Positions 47,857-57,285 of a DNA stretch of 64,000 bases are shown in pieces. Under the pieces are notes generated by a model, which saw only the letters and a program-made list of their open reading frames with translations, did no database searches and was not told the DNA's origin. Made by a program: the position numbers and the translations under genes. The DNA comes from Nitrospirota bacterium (lineage in GTDB: Bacteria; Nitrospirota; UBA9217). Numbering within the stretch: the stretch's first letter is position 1; every line of letters begins with the position of its first letter. The stretch lies in NCBI GenBank assembly GCA_029858565.1, contig JAOUEV010000002.1, positions 119,873 through 183,872 on the forward strand. Direction: 5' to 3'.

Positions 47857-49920
47857 TCAGCGTGCGGTAGTATCCATCGTCGGCTTTAATCGTCGTTTTC
47901 TCCGAAAGAGCACCCACGCCATCATTGCTGCGAACGCGCATAAACTGGTCACGCCAGATGACGCGAAAATCCTGTCGGTGAACGACATTTGAATCTCGTG
48001 CCTGCCTGCGTCCACATCCACCTTCAAGAAGGAATTCTCGGTTTTGTTAACTACTGTCGGTCGGCCATCAACCCGGATTGCCCAGCGGTCATCGAACATT
48101 TGACGCAGAATGAGGCTGCCTGCCTCAGGCACCTCGGCAGAGAAGAGAAATGATGAGCATGAAAGGCCTATGAGCCGGATGACGCCGGGTACCGGGCGTC
48201 CCGAAGGAGCGGAAAAGGTGTAAAGCGGCATCCCGTCCAGCGCCTCGAGGAGTGGACTTTCCTTGAGCCGTATGAAGTCGAACCGCTCCTGCGTATTGTA
48301 CCACCACCCCGAGAACCGCTTCAGGTTCATATCGTCAATGAACATGCCGTACTGATCCTGGGAATAATTGATGCCCGGCATGCCGTGCAGTCCGGAAAAG
48401 AGCGCAGGCCGCTCCTTTGCCTGGTCGATAGTCGGGCGGAGGCGGTCATCGACCGCGACCGCCCGGAATGCCGAGCGTATGCGGTTGTCCTCGAAGTAGG
48501 AGCGGGAGACCGATGCCTGGTCGACAACAGTGAAAGCCAGCAGCTCTCCCTTGCGCATTGGCGGCACATCGATGTTGACGCGGTGGAATACGAGGAGAAG
48601 TTCGATAAACAGCAATAGGACCATGGCGCGGTCGGCGGCCAGAGGCAGGCGAAGGTCCGGCAGGAATATCACCGCGGCCGTTATCCCGAGATGAACAAGA
48701 TAGGCCTCTAAATAGAGGTCAGAGCTGTATGCGGCGAAAAATGCTATGGTAAGAAGTCCGGCATAGATTCCTCCGGCGAGGTATCTTCTCTTCCTGTCCT
48801 TGTCGGAGAGGAGATCTTCGATGGGCCGGGCGAGAAAGAGGATCGCGAAGATCGTCGGGAAGAACCAGCTGAGCCAGTCGTTACGGACGAGCCGCATGAA
48901 CGGGAGCAGCGACGCCATGGTCCGCAGCAGCGAAGGGGATCCGTCCATTCCGGAGATCAGCAGCCAGCCGGAAAGGACGGTCATGGACGCAAGGGCGGTG
49001 AACCGGTGGCTTTTCTTGACGATGCCGTGTATCAGAGCAATGATACCGATCGTCCCGAGGAACAGGGAGAAATAATACTTTACCGGGAGCAGAAGGCTCA
49101 GGAGGTTATAAGGAGAGATGAGGTTAAAGGTATCGAAGGGGCCTCCTGATGGCGAATATGACAGCCGGGGGCCGGCTCCCATCCCTGCATAGAGCGGCAG
49201 CAGCTTCGGCAGGGTCAGAACGACCGACAGGGCGATTGTCGTGACCAGATACTTCACTGCGAACAGAGGCCTGCGCGACAAGGCGGCGTCGATGAGGACA
49301 TAGCCGGCGAAGAGGTAGATCCCGAGCACAGACGTGACGATATATCCGCCGAATATTGTGAAGCTCAGAAATGCGATGGACAGGGGGCTGAAAGGGGTCT
49401 CTTGCCGTTTTGCCCGGTGATAGCCGAGGATCAGGTAGGGAAAGCATGCGGCGTTGTAGACCAGGGTGCTCCATTGAGGGAGCGCGATGATCTGACCGCA
49501 TCCCATGAAGCTGAGGCCTGCCACGATGCCGGTAACTGTTCTCAGCCCGAGTTCACGGGTACAGAGGTAGACCCCGAATCCGCCCACAATGATCCAGATA
49601 AGAAGCTCTCGTTGGATGAGGAACAGTGTTGATCCCGTGACAAGTCCCATGAAAAGATGGGTAGGGAAAAGCGTGGAATTGACGTAGTGCTCCACATAGG
49701 GGTAGCCAAAGTTCATGAAGGGGTTCCAGAGCGGCCAACTGCCAGCCTGCAGGCAATCGGTTTGGAAATTGAGGAGGGGGTAGAAAGCGGTTAGGAAATC
49801 TTTGCCCGAGAAGACCTTCGTGCCAAGCCAATAATCGTAATAGAGGATGAAACTCGCTGCAGCCAGCGCGGCCAGTGCGACTGCATGATCGCGGTACGAT
49901 CGGTCGTTCCAGGGTTTCAT
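47857..49920 (-). CDS. YfhO-like GT-C membrane glycosyltransferase
   Basis: D....FYP, G.WPLWNP...GYP, multiple TMs, C-terminal W...VDG...V..GRH.I...F. Confidence 0.75.
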   Translation of the reverse strand: MKPWNDRSYRDHAVALAALAAASFILYYDYWLGTKVFSGKDFLTAFYPLLNFQTDCLQAGSWPLWNPFMNFGYPYVEHYVNSTLFPTHLFMGLVTGSTLFLIQRELLIWIIVGGFGVYLCTRELGLRTVTGIVAGLSFMGCGQIIALPQWSTLVYNAACFPYLILGYHRAKRQETPFSPLSIAFLSFTIFGGYIVTSVLGIYLFAGYVLIDAALSRRPLFAVKYLVTTIALSVVLTLPKLLPLYAGMGAGPRLSYSPSGGPFDTFNLISPYNLLSLLLPVKYYFSLFLGTIGIIALIHGIVKKSHRFTALASMTVLSGWLLISGMDGSPSLLRTMASLLPFMRLVRNDWLSWFFPTIFAILFLARPIEDLLSDKDRKRRYLAGGIYAGLLTIAFFAAYSSDLYLEAYLVHLGITAAVIFLPDLRLPLAADRAMVLLLFIELLLVFHRVNIDVPPMRKGELLAFTVVDQASVSRSYFEDNRIRSAFRAVAVDDRLRPTIDQAKERPALFSGLHGMPGINYSQDQYGMFIDDMNLKRFSGWWYNTQERFDFIRLKESPLLEALDGMPLYTFSAPSGRPVPGVIRLIGLSCSSFLFSAEVPEAGSLILRQMFDDRWAIRVDGRPTVVNKTENSFLKVDVDAGRHEIQMSFTDRIFASSGVTSLCAFAAMMAWVLFRRKRRLKPTMDTTAR

Positions 49921-50648
49921 GGTACATTCGCCTCTGCAGTCAGGTCGCGTGAAGCGACGCAATAGTACTGGGCTCCAAGCGGCAGCCAGCTCATCAGATG
50001 TTCGATCGGGAGCAGTATGCGGAAGAGGTGTGGGAAAAAATGAATGAACCGGATATCGCATCGTTCGAAGCCGGCTGCGTGCAGCACGCTTCGGAGGGAT
50101 CCCTGCGGGATCAGTTTCGCATCCGCGTCGAACGGGCAGTCCCGTACCGCTTTCCGGGTCAGGGGGTTCCAGGGATTATGCTCGAAGACGAACAGCAGCC
50201 CTTGCGGCGACAGTTCCTTGCGCAAGTTGTACAAGATATCCCTATGGTCGGATGGGGGAATATGATGCAGGACCCCGGCAAGCAGGATGGCATCGAAGGG
50301 GCCGGGAAAAGGGATATGGCGACCGTCAAAATCGCTGAATTGGACCGCAAGAAGGTCCTTGTTGCGCTCGCGGGCCACCTCGATCGATTTTCGGGATACA
50401 TCGACTGAGAAGATCGATGATCCGGGAAGGTGTTGTGCAAGGGCCGGCTCGCCCGTGCCGATCCCGCACCCGAAGTTGAGCAGCCGGAGGCCTGTGGTCG
50501 AGATGCTGTGAGCGGACAGCGTTCGGGCGATCTCCCGGGCCTTACGGTCCGCAAAGAACGCTGCGCCATAGCCCGACAGCCGCACACTGCTGTCCAGAAG
50601 GCTTCGGTAGTCCTCGGCGTATCGGTCGAAATCCGGGGTATTCACCAA
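49917..50648 (-). CDS. Class I SAM-dependent methyltransferase
   Basis: LNFGCGIG, DVS, FD....VLHH, FEHNPWNP, PLGAQY. Confidence 0.85.
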   Translation of the reverse strand: MVNTPDFDRYAEDYRSLLDSSVRLSGYGAAFFADRKAREIARTLSAHSISTTGLRLLNFGCGIGTGEPALAQHLPGSSIFSVDVSRKSIEVARERNKDLLAVQFSDFDGRHIPFPGPFDAILLAGVLHHIPPSDHRDILYNLRKELSPQGLLFVFEHNPWNPLTRKAVRDCPFDADAKLIPQGSLRSVLHAAGFERCDIRFIHFFPHLFRILLPIEHLMSWLPLGAQYYCVASRDLTAEANVP

Positions 50649-50666
50649 CGCTCCCTATCATGAACA

Positions 50667-51665
50667 CTACCAGTAGTGCTCGCGGTGCTGCTGGTAATAG
50701 GCGTGGGTCTGTTCAATGCCGGTCTGCAGGTCTATGACCGGCGACCAGCCGGTCGCGGATGCGAACGCGTCGATGTTCGTAATGTAATCGCCGGTCTCGA
50801 CGTTGATGTAGTTCTCCGGCCAGGGAACCAGCTCGCTGCGGCCTGTTCCCACGGTCTTCAGCACGGTTCCGACCATTTCGCTGAAAGTCGTTCCCTTGCC
50901 GCACCCGATATTAAAAGCACGGCCGTGGCAGCCTTCGGTGACCGCGGCTGCGACAAAGGCGTTTGCAAGGTCATCAACGTAGATGTAATCACGGACCTGC
51001 GCGCCGTCGCCGAATACCTTGATGGTCTTGTCCTCCATGGCAAGCCTGATGAACCAGTTGATCATGGAATACTTGCTGTGCTTCATCTGGGAGCGGGGGC
51101 CGTAGGGATTGGCGATGCGGAACGACACGGTCCTGATACCGTGGATCTCGTGGTAGAAGCGATAGGTGTTCTCCGCAGCTGTCTTGTTCAGGGCGTAGGG
51201 GGTCCGGGGGCGGAGCGGGTGGTTCTCATCAACGGGATTCCGTTCGATCCTGCCGAACTGGAGACGGGACCCGGCATGGAGGATCACCGCGTCACGGTTG
51301 TTGCGCCGCAGGCACTCAAGGACGTTCAAATGACCGATGTAGTTGATGTCCGCGTCCAGGTAGGGATCATTCAAACTGTCATTGTGGCTCACCTGCCCTG
51401 CCAGGTTGAAAATGATGTCCCGGTCGCGCACCAGGACCTTCATGGATTCGCGGTCGCGGATATCGCTGATATTGACCTCGACCTTGTCCCGGACGTCGTG
51501 GAGGTTGAAGAGGTTCGCACCATAGGGTTCGATGCAGGCATCGACGAGGGTAACATGCGCACCGGCCTTCACCAGTTTTCCGGCGATCGTGCTCCCGATC
51601 ATGCCGAGGCCGCCGGTGATCAGGATGCGTTTGCCCGTGAGACGGGCGGCGGGGTCTCCGGTCAT
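50667..51665 (-). CDS. NAD-dependent nucleotide-sugar epimerase/dehydratase (extended SDR)
   Basis: ITGGLGMIGS, NLAG, YALNK, R.ANPYGP, RDYIYVDD. Confidence 0.92.
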   Translation of the reverse strand: MTGDPAARLTGKRILITGGLGMIGSTIAGKLVKAGAHVTLVDACIEPYGANLFNLHDVRDKVEVNISDIRDRESMKVLVRDRDIIFNLAGQVSHNDSLNDPYLDADINYIGHLNVLECLRRNNRDAVILHAGSRLQFGRIERNPVDENHPLRPRTPYALNKTAAENTYRFYHEIHGIRTVSFRIANPYGPRSQMKHSKYSMINWFIRLAMEDKTIKVFGDGAQVRDYIYVDDLANAFVAAAVTEGCHGRAFNIGCGKGTTFSEMVGTVLKTVGTGRSELVPWPENYINVETGDYITNIDAFASATGWSPVIDLQTGIEQTHAYYQQHREHYW

Positions 51666-52627
51666 TTACCGTCCTTCCGGTCGATTCCCACGGTCCTTCC
51701 GACGACAAAAGAGGGACGCTGCTTGACCTCGTCGAAGATCCTCGCGATATAGGCGCCGATGACGCCGGTGGTGACCATCTGAATGCCCGAGAGGAAGAGC
51801 AGGAGAACGGCGAGGGACGTCCATCCGGGGACATCGGGGATCCTGCCCGAGAACTTGAGGATGATGAAGAGCAGCCCGAGGATAAAACTGACCGCGGCGA
51901 TCAGAGCACCGATGACGGAAATGAAGGTGAGCGGGCGGTGGGAAAAGGAAATGATCCCGTTCACGGCCAGGGAAAGGTATTTCCGCATGGTGTAGCCCGG
52001 CTCTCCGGCGAATCTGCCGCTGCGCTCATATTCCAGGCCGGTCTGCCGGAACCCTGTCCAGGCGCGCAGCCCGCGGAGGAAACGGTCCCGCTCCGGCAGA
52101 CTGTTCAGGATATCAACGACCCGCCGGGACATGATGCAGAAGTCTCCTGCGTCCCGGGGGATCGGAATATCGGATAACCGGCCCAGGATGCGGTAGAACG
52201 CGGTGTAGAGCAGCCGGTGCAGCAGCGAGCGCTTTCTGCCCTTGCGGACCCCATAGACCACATCGGAGCCCGCCCGAAGTTCCTCGATGAACCGGGGGAT
52301 CAACTCCGGCGGATCTTCCAGGTCGTCATCCATGATCAGGACCATATCCCCGGATGCATAGGCCAGTCCGGCAGTGACCGCGGCCTGGTGGCCGAAGTTG
52401 CGCGACAGCTCGACGATCTTGATCCTGTCGTCACTTTCCCGCGCGGTTTGAATGACCTCAAAAGAATTGTCCCTGCATCCGTCGAGAACTGCTATCAGTT
52501 CAAATGACGGCACCGTGGCTCGGAGCGCATCGCTCACGCGCCGGTGCAGTTCAGGGAATATCTGGCCGGAATTATAGACCGGAATGACAACGGACAGCGT
52601 TGTCAGGGACGAAGCGGAGGATCTCAT
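51662..52627 (-). CDS. GtrB/ArnC-like GT2 undecaprenyl-phosphate glycosyltransferase
   Basis: LSRNFGHQAA..AGL, MDDDLEDPP, GDF, RFLRGL..W.GF, two C-terminal TMs, EVKQRP. Confidence 0.9.
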   Translation of the reverse strand: MRSSASSLTTLSVVIPVYNSGQIFPELHRRVSDALRATVPSFELIAVLDGCRDNSFEVIQTARESDDRIKIVELSRNFGHQAAVTAGLAYASGDMVLIMDDDLEDPPELIPRFIEELRAGSDVVYGVRKGRKRSLLHRLLYTAFYRILGRLSDIPIPRDAGDFCIMSRRVVDILNSLPERDRFLRGLRAWTGFRQTGLEYERSGRFAGEPGYTMRKYLSLAVNGIISFSHRPLTFISVIGALIAAVSFILGLLFIILKFSGRIPDVPGWTSLAVLLLFLSGIQMVTTGVIGAYIARIFDEVKQRPSFVVGRTVGIDRKDGK

Positions 52628-52872
52628 GGTTTCTCCGTGGCGTGTTTCTCCTGGTCTGTTTTATCCATCGTTACCACAGTAATGAAATCCCGCTGAAAAG
52701 TCAATACGGAATACCCTGGCTCGCACGTGATCCGCAGAGAGCTATTCTGCCTTCCTGCCGGCGGAATTCCACTTGCTTATGATATTTTATTGTTGTTATT
52801 ATGCGTTATGACTCAGCGGTTCTATTCGTCGAACGATGCAGGGACCCGATCAGAGAGGAACCACTTGGTCCC

Positions 52873-54288
52873 ATGAACAAGCGGGTGTTGCTCGTATATC
52901 CTCCGAGCGGGCGGCTGCTTCGCGAGGACCGGTGTCAGATCCCGGCGAAGAACATTGTCATGTCCCCGCCGGTACCGCCGATGGACCTGCTCTATCTTGC
53001 AGCAGTGGCGGAGCGGTCGGGATGCGAGTGCCGGGTCAGGGACTACTCGGTTGCCGGAAGGGGATCGGCAGATTTTCTTCGCGACCTGGAATCGTACCGG
53101 CCGGACTATCTTCTGGTCAGCATCACGACCCCGTCGATCGAGGGAGATATGGCGCAGATCGCGGCGGCAAAACGCGTGCTGCCCGGTTTGCGTACGGTCG
53201 CGAAAGGAGCGCATTTTCTGGTCAACAGCGAGGAAGTCCTTGACCGTTATCCTCAACTGGATATGGCGATCCGCGGAGAGGCGGAGCTTACGTTCGGGGA
53301 TGTTGTGACGGGAAAGGACCCTGCTTCTATTCCCGGCCTTACCTGGCGGGGAGCTGCCGCGATCGTGCGAAATCCCGACAGACCCTATCTGGAGGACCTT
53401 GATTCCCTGCCGTTCCCTGCCCGGCATCTTGTTGATAACGGATCGTTCGTACGACCTGACACGGGCGCATTGCAAACGGTCATCAAGGTCTCGAGAGGCT
53501 GTCCCTATCACTGCTTCTTCTGTCTTGCGACCCCGGTCAGCGGAAGCAAAGCGCGGAAGCGGAGTCCGCAGAACATAGCGGCTGAGATCGTCGAGTGTCA
53601 GGAAAAATACGGGATCAGGAACTTCATTTTCTGGTCGGACTTTTTCACGCAGGACAAAGCATGGGTCCTTGACCTCTGCCGGGCCATCAGGGGAACCGGT
53701 CTGAACATCACCTGGTCGGCGAACACCCGGGCGAGCGCCATGGACGAGGAACTGGCCCGCGAGATGAAGAACGCCGGCTGCTCGCTCGTGAGCATCGGGG
53801 TCGAGAGCGGCAACCAGCAGATCCTGGACAGGATCGGGAAAAAAGTCTCCCTTGACGAGATACGGAAGGCTTTTGCCGTGCTTCGTCGCGCGAAGATCTC
53901 GACGCTAGCCTATTATCTCCTGGGCCTCCCCTGGGAAACGCATGCGACCATGGAGGAGACCGTGCGCTTCTCGATCGAGCTCGACAGCGATTTCGCCAGT
54001 TTCTTCGTTGCCACGCCTTTTCCCGGCACCCGGTTCTACGATTACGCAACAGCGCAGGGTTTGTTCTCCGACCCTTCCGGGGAGCCGTCGTTCGGGAGCG
54101 CCTATCACGGCGCGTCGGTACGCGGACATTTCCTCAGCAGGGAAGAGATCGGGATGTGGCGGACACGCGCCATCAGACGCTACCTTCTGCGGCCGAAGTA
54201 TATCGTCCGGATGCTTTCCCGTGTCCGATCGTTGCGCGAACTGGGGAATTATGCGGTTGCGGGGATGCAGGCCCTGCGAAACGGATAA
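52873..54288 (+). CDS. Cobalamin-binding radical SAM enzyme, paralog of 9837-11252
   Basis: YPP.G...[39 protein letters not shown]. Confidence 0.9.
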   Translation: MNKRVLLVYPPSGRLLREDRCQIPAKNIVMSPPVPPMDLLYLAAVAERSGCECRVRDYSVAGRGSADFLRDLESYRPDYLLVSITTPSIEGDMAQIAAAKRVLPGLRTVAKGAHFLVNSEEVLDRYPQLDMAIRGEAELTFGDVVTGKDPASIPGLTWRGAAAIVRNPDRPYLEDLDSLPFPARHLVDNGSFVRPDTGALQTVIKVSRGCPYHCFFCLATPVSGSKARKRSPQNIAAEIVECQEKYGIRNFIFWSDFFTQDKAWVLDLCRAIRGTGLNITWSANTRASAMDEELAREMKNAGCSLVSIGVESGNQQILDRIGKKVSLDEIRKAFAVLRRAKISTLAYYLLGLPWETHATMEETVRFSIELDSDFASFFVATPFPGTRFYDYATAQGLFSDPSGEPSFGSAYHGASVRGHFLSREEIGMWRTRAIRRYLLRPKYIVRMLSRVRSLRELGNYAVAGMQALRNG

Positions 54289-54325
54289 GAGGGTATTACC
54301 TGCTACTGAGAGGCGGCACAGGAAC

Positions 54326-55093
54326 ATGATATCAGGTAAAAAGCTCATTGTGGTCATGCCTGCGTACAATGCTGAGAAGACCTTGCGTCAGACCTACGCG
54401 GAGCTGCCTCATGAGTATGTGGACGATGTCATTCTGGTGGATGACGCATCAAGCGACAATACCGCTGCGGTGGCACGGGAACTGAACATCCGGACCATCA
54501 TCCATTCTCGGAACAAGGGATATGGGAGCAATCAAAAGACATGCTACAGGACGGCGCTCGATCTGGGCGCGGATATCGTGGTGATGGTCCACCCCGATTA
54601 CCAGTATTCCCCCCGCCTGGTGACCGCTATGGCGTCCATGATCACATCCGGGCACTATGCGGTCGTGCTCGGATCGAGGATCCTCGGCGGCGGAGCTCTC
54701 AAGGGGGGGATGCCGCTGTACAAATATATCGCGAACCGGATGCTCACGGCCTACGAGAACGTCATGCTCGGCATGAAGCTCTCGGAGTATCACACGGGCT
54801 ACCGGGCTTTCAGCAGGACCGTTCTGGAAACGCTGCCGCTCGATGAGAACTCCGATGGATTCGCTTTTGACAATGAAATGATCGTGCAGACGGTCAGCTG
54901 CGGCTTCCCTATCGGAGAGATCAGCTGTCCGACCCGCTACTTCCCTGATGCATCGACCATCAATTTCTGGAAAAGTGTGGGCTACGGTTTTTCCGTTATC
55001 GGAACGGCTGCTCGTTACCTGCTTCACCGCTCGGGGATTCGGCGTGATCGCCTGTTCGCTCCAGGAGAAAGGAGGCTAACAGGGAGCGGCTAG
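54326..55093 (+). CDS. GT2 glycosyltransferase, Dol-P-Man/polyprenol-P-sugar synthase-like
   Basis: [44 protein letters not shown]. Confidence 0.9.
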   Translation: MISGKKLIVVMPAYNAEKTLRQTYAELPHEYVDDVILVDDASSDNTAAVARELNIRTIIHSRNKGYGSNQKTCYRTALDLGADIVVMVHPDYQYSPRLVTAMASMITSGHYAVVLGSRILGGGALKGGMPLYKYIANRMLTAYENVMLGMKLSEYHTGYRAFSRTVLETLPLDENSDGFAFDNEMIVQTVSCGFPIGEISCPTRYFPDASTINFWKSVGYGFSVIGTAARYLLHRSGIRRDRLFAPGERRLTGSG

Positions 55094-55165
55094 GCGGCAG
55101 GATCAGGGAACGCATGAACGGTCTGAGGAACAGGCCGGATGACGCCGCGGTTTCCCGCGGAAAGC

Positions 55166-55315
55166 TCAGAACAGGACGTAGATGAACGGGGACAGCGCGC
55201 TCCCCTGGGTGAAGATGAGCAGCAGTCCAAGAAGCAGCAGCATGATGATGATCGGCAGGAGCCAGTACTTCTTTCTTACCTTCAAATAGTCCCAGAAATC
55301 CCGTATCAATACCAT
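55166..55315 (-). CDS. Small membrane protein, DUF5989/SxtK-like, 49 aa (absent from the ORF track)
   Basis: Hand translation MVLIRDFWDYLKVRKKYWLLPIIIMLLLLGLLLIFTQGSALSPFIYVLF. Confidence 0.85.
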   Translation of the reverse strand: MVLIRDFWDYLKVRKKYWLLPIIIMLLLLGLLLIFTQGSALSPFIYVLF

Positions 55316-55320
55316 TCTGC

Positions 55321-57006
55321 TCATAGTGCACTATAACACAGACAATTCCCCATGACAAGGCAGTCCATGTCGCTTTCGGTCAAGCACCGGATGGCGTCAG
55401 CGGGGGTCATGGCAATGGGCTCGCCCTTGATGTTCAGCGATGTGTTCAGGAGCACCGGGATGCCGCTCAGTACTTCGAATTCCTTCAGGAGCGCGTGAAA
55501 TCGGGGATTGACGGAACGGTCAACTGTCTGGACGCGGCCCGATCCGTCCACGTGGGTGATCGCGGGGAGCTTGTCCGAGAGCACGGGGACGGTCAGAAGC
55601 ATATAGGGACTTGACCGGTCGATGCGGAAATACCTCGAAGCGTCTTCGACAGGCACCGCGGGCGCAAAGGGCCGGAAGGATTCCCGGAACTTGACCTTGC
55701 GATTGATGATGTCCTTCATGTCCGCGCGCCGGGGATCGGCCAGGATGCTCCGGTTGCCGAGGGACCGCGGACCATATTCCATCCGTCCCTGGAACCAGGC
55801 CACGACCTTGCCTTCGCTCAGGAGCCGTGCCGTGGTCGCGGGCAGCTGGTCCTCGGGGAGCCATTCCGAGCGGATGCCGGCCTGCTGCACAGCGGAGCGG
55901 ATCTCCGGTTCTCCGAAGGATGGACCCAGGTAAACATCCGTGAGAGGATGGCGGTCGGTCCTCTGAAAATGACCATGGTACGCGGCGTAGGCGGCACCCA
56001 CCGCGCCTCCCGCGTCACCTGCCGCCGGCTGGATGAACAGCTCCCGGAACGGTCCCTCGCGCAGGAGCCTGCCGTTGGCAACGCTGTTCAGGGCCACGCC
56101 GCCGGCAAGGCACAGAGCGTCGAGTCCGGTCTTTTTCCTGACATGCTCCGCCATTCTGAGGACAACGGTCTCCGTCACCCGCTGAATGCTCGCGGCGATG
56201 TCGTAATGCTCCTGCCCGAGCGGTCCTTCGAAGTACCGCGCTTTGACGCCGAAGAGCCGTTCGAACCTGGCCGCATTGAACATCCTCCGGCCGTATTGAT
56301 AAGCGAAGTAATCAAGGTTCAGCCGCAGGCTTCCGTCAGGCCGCAGGTCCAGGATGTCCCGCAGGATGAGGTCTGCGAATTCAGGCTTGCCATAGGAAGC
56401 CATGCCCATGATCTTGTATTCGTCGTTGTTCACCTTGAAACCGAGATAGGCGGTAAATGCGCTGTAGAGCAGGCCCAGTGAATGGGGGAACCGCATCTCA
56501 TGCGTGAGGGTCAGCCGGTTTCCTCTCGCTGTCCCGTAGGCGGCAGTGGACCATTCGCCCACGCCGTCAATGGTGAGCACCGCTGCCTCGTCAAAGGGTG
56601 ATGGAAAAAACGAACTCGAAGCATGGCTTACGTGGTGGGGGAAATAGAGGAGCATTCCCTCGTATCCGAGGATCTTCTTCAGGATATGGGGCAGCCACAG
56701 CTTCTGGCTGAGCCACGAGGGGATCGTATCGACGAACGCACGGGCTCCGCGCGGCGCAACTGCCAGGAAGGTTTCCAGGACCCGTTCGAACTTGAGCAGG
56801 GGTTTTTCATAAAAAGCGACACAGTCAATGTCGCGCATCGAGATGCCCGCCTGCCGGAGGCAATACCCGATGCTCTGTTCGGGAAACCGCCAGTCGTGTT
56901 TGATCCGCGAGAAACGCTCCTCCTGACAGGCGGCAACAAGGACACCGTTCCGGAGCAGGCAGGCGGCGGAGTCATGATACAGGCAGGATATCCCGAGGAT
57001 GTTCAT
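55321..57006 (-). CDS. O-carbamoyltransferase (NodU/CmcH/TobZ family)
   Basis: ILGISC.YHDSAA, QEERFSR.KH, HH.SHA, DGVGE, EYKIMG, AGGVALN, E.GPR.LGNRSIL, K.RESFRPFAP, HVDGSGR.QTV, NTS.N. Confidence 0.95.
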   Translation of the reverse strand: MNILGISCLYHDSAACLLRNGVLVAACQEERFSRIKHDWRFPEQSIGYCLRQAGISMRDIDCVAFYEKPLLKFERVLETFLAVAPRGARAFVDTIPSWLSQKLWLPHILKKILGYEGMLLYFPHHVSHASSSFFPSPFDEAAVLTIDGVGEWSTAAYGTARGNRLTLTHEMRFPHSLGLLYSAFTAYLGFKVNNDEYKIMGMASYGKPEFADLILRDILDLRPDGSLRLNLDYFAYQYGRRMFNAARFERLFGVKARYFEGPLGQEHYDIAASIQRVTETVVLRMAEHVRKKTGLDALCLAGGVALNSVANGRLLREGPFRELFIQPAAGDAGGAVGAAYAAYHGHFQRTDRHPLTDVYLGPSFGEPEIRSAVQQAGIRSEWLPEDQLPATTARLLSEGKVVAWFQGRMEYGPRSLGNRSILADPRRADMKDIINRKVKFRESFRPFAPAVPVEDASRYFRIDRSSPYMLLTVPVLSDKLPAITHVDGSGRVQTVDRSVNPRFHALLKEFEVLSGIPVLLNTSLNIKGEPIAMTPADAIRCLTESDMDCLVMGNCLCYSAL

Positions 57007-57221
57007 CAGAAGGGCTTCCTCGGGTCATCCTCTGAAGGCAGAGCGAGCCAATGGGTATCAGCCGGCTCTTTTGATGCAAGGGGAGATCTCCCCAATGCCC
57101 GCATGATCAAACCGATGGGAGTGATCACGAAGACAAAAAGGATCGTCAGCAGGATTGCGCCATTGATAGCGGCGAGCACCACGGCAAACCGCATCCAGAG
57201 GTCTTTGAGACGCTTCACCAT
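57006..57221 (-). CDS. SxtJ-like small membrane protein
   Basis: W...A..L..IN..ILL...F....TPIGL..R..G..PL; directly upstream of the carbamoyltransferase. Confidence 0.7.
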   Translation of the reverse strand: MVKRLKDLWMRFAVVLAAINGAILLTILFVFVITPIGLIMRALGRSPLASKEPADTHWLALPSEDDPRKPF

Positions 57222-57285
57222 AGATAGGGTCACTATATCAGATGACACCCAGGTAATGCAATATGTCCTGTGAAAATGCCGGCGA

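Noticed and set aside
55166-57221. Saxitoxin biosynthesis cluster
   Set aside because: Only the generic sxtI/J/K-like trio is present; no sxtA, sxtG or other core genes
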